Shown one piece after another: positions 8,213-10,537 of a DNA stretch of 10,537 bases. The notes below the pieces were generated by a model. That model saw only the letters and a list, made by a program, of their open reading frames with translations. It searched no databases and was not told the origin of the DNA. Position numbers and translations under genes: made by a program. How positions within the stretch are numbered: the first letter of the stretch is position 1; each line of letters begins with the position of its first letter. Source of the DNA: Calditrichota bacterium (GTDB lineage: Bacteria > Electryoneota > Electryoneia > Electryoneales > Electryoneaceae); contig JAANWZ010000033.1 of assembly GCA_018263585.1 (NCBI GenBank), positions 1 through 10,537 on the forward strand, read 5' to 3'.

Positions 8213-8401
8213 TGTCATTCTGACGGAAGCCCGACGTCCGTTTGTCGGGCGAACGGAAGAAGGTCCAGGTTCGACAAGGATGGCAGATGAGGGGACGCTT
8301 GCTCGCAAGCGTCCCCGTGGTCAAGAACTAACGTCGGGATGAGTTGGACCTTCTTCACCCGCCTTCGCGCACACAGACGCGCAAAGCCGGGTTCAGAATG
8401 A
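8213..8401 (+). ncRNA. Candidate structured RNA or cis-regulatory leader upstream of gcvH. A closing helix gtcattctga/tcagaatgac (8213-8222 with 8392-8401) encloses a 12-bp helix (8255-8266 with 8344-8355), an 11-bp hairpin ggggacgcttg-ctcg-caagcgtcccc (8290-8315) and mutually exclusive pairings of cccgacgt (8229-8236) with either 8243-8248 or 8330-8337
   Basis: Multiple long perfect complementary segments found by eye. The class is unknown and canonical glycine-riboswitch motifs (GGAGAG, CCGAAGGRGCAA, CUCAGGCAAAAGGAC) are not seen. Strand is inferred from the downstream gene. Confidence 0.35.
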
Positions 8402-8528
8402 CTGCTCGGCCGCCCGGATGCGATCTTAGTTCCGGTCGATGCATGCGGCCGTGCGAACTGCATAACCGATGCCGGCGGGCGCTCCCGGCGGAAGGTCGGC
8501 GTGAGGTCTGAACACGTTCGGAGGAGTC

Positions 8529-8915
8529 ATGGCCAACGTACCGAAGGAACTGAAGTACAGCGAGGAACACGAGTGGGTGCGTGTGGACGGCGACAACGCC
8601 ACGATCGGCATCACAGACTACGCCCAGGGTGAGCTCGGCGACGTCGTGTTCCTCGAGCTGCCTGAGCCGGGGGAGGAGTTCAAGCAGGGCGACAGCTTCG
8701 GTTCGATCGAAGCGGTGAAGACCGTCGCGGATCTCTATTCTCCGGTGAGCGGCGCCGTGACCGAAGTGAACGAAGCGCTGGACGATGCCCCGGAAAAGGT
8801 GAACGAATCGCCGTACGGCGACGGCTGGCTGATCAAGCTCGAGCTCACCGACTCGACCGAGCTGGACGGGTTGATGGACGCGGAAGCGTACGCACAGCAC
8901 ATCGAGCAGGAGTGA
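8529..8915 (+). CDS. gcvH: Glycine cleavage system H protein (lipoyl carrier)
   Basis: 128 aa. Lipoyl-lysine motif '[17 protein letters not shown]'. RBS GGAGGAG 6 nt upstream. Confidence 0.95.
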   Translation: MANVPKELKYSEEHEWVRVDGDNATIGITDYAQGELGDVVFLELPEPGEEFKQGDSFGSIEAVKTVADLYSPVSGAVTEVNEALDDAPEKVNESPYGDGWLIKLELTDSTELDGLMDAEAYAQHIEQE

Positions 8916-8921
8916 TCGACG

Positions 8922-10271
8922 ATGGCCTATGTGCCGCACACCCCGGAGCAGTTCGCCGAGATGCTGAAGGCGATCGGGGTTAAGTCATTTGACGAGTTGA
9001 TCCGGGCGATCCCGGAGGATGTCCGTCTCGAGGACGGGCTCGCTCTCGACGAGGGCCTGTCCGAACTGGAGGTGCTGGACCGGATCGAATCGCTGGCGGC
9101 GAAGAACCGGGCGTCGGCCGGAGCGGTCACATTCCTCGGCGGCGGCAGCTACGACCACTTCATCCCCGCCGGTGTCGGCGCGATCCTCTCGCGCAGCGAA
9201 TTCTACACCTCCTACACACCCTACCAGCCGGAAGTGTCGCAAGGCACGTTGCAGTCGATCTACGAATACCAGTCGGTGATCTGCGACATCACCGGGATGG
9301 ATGTCGCGAACGCGAGCGTGTATGACGGCCCGACCGCGACCGCGGAGGCGATGCTGCTCGCGCTGCGCGCGCAGAAGAAACGCGGGCAGATCGTCGCCAG
9401 CGAAGGACTGCACCCGCACGCGCTCAAGATCATGCGCACGTACGCGGACACGAGCGGGATCGAGCTGATCACCGTGCCCGTCGGCGAGGACGGCCGCACT
9501 GACAGCACCTTGCTCAGACGCGTGCTCACGGACAACGTCGCGGGCGTACATTTTCAGCAACCGAACTTCTTCGGCGTGCTCGAGGACGCGCCGGCGATCG
9601 TGGGCACGGCTCACGAGGCCGGCGCGCTCGCGATCGCGGGCGTCTATCCGGTCAGCCTCGGGATTGTCGCGCCGCCGGGCGAATATGGCGCCGACATCGC
9701 CGTCGGCGAAGGCCAGTGCCTCGGAAACCGGATGGGGTTCGGCGGACCATACCTCGGCATCTTCACCGCGAAGCAGGAGCTGATCAGGCAACTTCCCGGC
9801 AGGCTTTCCGGGCAGACCGTCGATCGCAACGGCACGCGCGGGTTCGTGCTCGCGCTGCAGACACGCGAACAGCACATCCGCCGCGGGAAGGCGACCTCGA
9901 ACATCTGCACGAACCAGGGCCTGAACGCGCTCGCGGCGCTCGTCCACCTCGCACTGCTCGGGAAGCAGGGGTTCCGCGACGTCGCGCAGCTCTGCTACGA
10001 CAAGGCGCACTACCTCTACCGCCGGATCATGAAACACACGCGGTTCCGGCCGACCTACTACGCGCCGTTCTTCAACGAGTTCGTGCTGCAGACCCCGATC
10101 CCCGCGGTCGCTGTCGTCGACCGGCTCGTCGAGCAGCACGGCATGCTCGCCGGTGTCCGCCTCGACCGCTTCTACCCGGAGATGGACCACCACCTGATGG
10201 TCGCGGTCACCGAAAAACGCACGCGCGACGAGCTCGACGCGTTCGTCTCCGCGCTCGCGGCGATCGGGTAG
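8922..10271 (+). CDS. gcvPA: Glycine dehydrogenase (aminomethyl-transferring) subunit 1 (N-terminal half of the split P-protein)
   Basis: 449 aa. 'SYTPYQPEVSQGTLQSIYEYQSVICDITGMDVANASVYDG' is characteristic of GcvP N-terminal domain. AGGAG sits 10 nt upstream. The gene stops where a single-chain GcvP would continue, which implies a separate gcvPB. Confidence 0.93.
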   Translation: MAYVPHTPEQFAEMLKAIGVKSFDELIRAIPEDVRLEDGLALDEGLSELEVLDRIESLAAKNRASAGAVTFLGGGSYDHFIPAGVGAILSRSEFYTSYTPYQPEVSQGTLQSIYEYQSVICDITGMDVANASVYDGPTATAEAMLLALRAQKKRGQIVASEGLHPHALKIMRTYADTSGIELITVPVGEDGRTDSTLLRRVLTDNVAGVHFQQPNFFGVLEDAPAIVGTAHEAGALAIAGVYPVSLGIVAPPGEYGADIAVGEGQCLGNRMGFGGPYLGIFTAKQELIRQLPGRLSGQTVDRNGTRGFVLALQTREQHIRRGKATSNICTNQGLNALAALVHLALLGKQGFRDVAQLCYDKAHYLYRRIMKHTRFRPTYYAPFFNEFVLQTPIPAVAVVDRLVEQHGMLAGVRLDRFYPEMDHHLMVAVTEKRTRDELDAFVSALAAIG

Positions 10272-10296
10272 GCCGGCTCGGCGTGCCCGCGCCGCC

Positions 10297-10537
10297 CCCT
10301 CCCTCGTGTGCCCGCGCCTGCTTGCAAGAGTGGTTGATCCACCGGTCCATGAAACCCGGGGCAAGCCCCGGGCCACCCTCCATCTCGTGCCCGCGGGGAC
10401 CGAAGGTCACCGCGGTTGATCCGCCGGTGGATGAATCCCTGCGACATCGCTGCGCGCTGTCACAGGGGCACATTACTGAATCCACCGGTGGCTCAGCCCT
10501 GCGACATCGCTGCGCGCTGTCACAGGGGCACGTAACC
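10297..10537. repeat. Mosaic tandem repeat array running to the window end. Units of ~80-83 bp (starting near 10297 and 10377) share 'ccct-c..tcgtg(tg)cccgcg' and the 'gttgatccRccggtSSatgaa' box but carry different hairpins: cccgggg-caag-ccccggg at 10354-10371, and the 31-bp palindrome at 10437-10467 and 10497-10527 (60-bp period)
   Basis: Direct comparison of the segments. The 35-mer 'ccctgcgacatcgctgcgcgctgtcacaggggcac' is exactly repeated. The array is truncated by the window end. Confidence 0.85.

Noticed and set aside
8262-8285. tRNA-like T-loop motif 'ggttcgacaagg'
   Set aside because: No flanking 5-bp T-stem, no acceptor or anticodon arms. It is an isolated GTTCGA match inside the structured leader.
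8402-8420. ZTP (pfl) riboswitch 3' pseudoknot-like 'cggccgcccgg'
   Set aside because: Only a partial resemblance to CCGCCUGGGCA. The upstream conserved P1/P2 elements (UGGCG..., GGGUGGA..CCACCGGGG) are absent.
8136-8528. Canonical tandem glycine riboswitch upstream of gcvH
   Set aside because: Expected from the genomic context, but I could not find the conserved aptamer nucleotides (GGAGAG, CCGAAGGRGCAA, CUCAGGCAAAAGGAC) on either strand. I report it as an unclassified structured leader instead. A covariance-model search is needed.
10412-10537. Possible CRISPR array (35-bp exact repeats at 60-bp period, truncated by window end)
   Set aside because: Only two or three repeats. The 25-bp 'spacers' are shorter than typical and related to each other (shared ccRccggtgg and tgaatc motifs). 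The same unit also occurs singly after accC. No cas genes are present. This fits an interspersed palindromic element better.

Overview
This is a high-GC (~70%) bacterial chromosomal segment with ordinary housekeeping content. A minus-strand block (5355 down to 381) encodes an SPFH/band-7 protein, an HMA-like membrane protein, a small single-TM protein, a CDF metal-efflux transporter, tandem-domain MazG and an alkaline-phosphatase-superfamily metalloenzyme. A plus-strand block (5635 to 10271) encodes efp, accB, accC, gcvH and gcvPA (split glycine-dehydrogenase subunit 1). The split P-protein and the efp-accB-accC linkage argue against a classical actinobacterium despite the GC content. The unusual signal is in the non-coding DNA: at least five intergenic regions (1-257, ~3290-3338, 4290-4470, 8094-8135, 10272-10537) carry related, modular ('mosaic') repeat elements. 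These are built from a few recombining modules: a GGCAAGCC-loop hairpin, a 'gttgatccRccggtSSatgaa' box, a 'cccgcgcctgcttgca' box and a 31-bp imperfect palindrome 'ccctgcgacatcgctgcgcgctgtcacaggg'. Two of the loci are arranged as tandem arrays at the window edges. A ~190-nt highly structured region with a promoter-like signal sits upstream of gcvH, where a glycine riboswitch would be expected, but it lacks the canonical glycine-aptamer motifs. I did not recognise a defence or mobile-element protein system. The repeat family and the gcvH leader are the items most worth follow-up.
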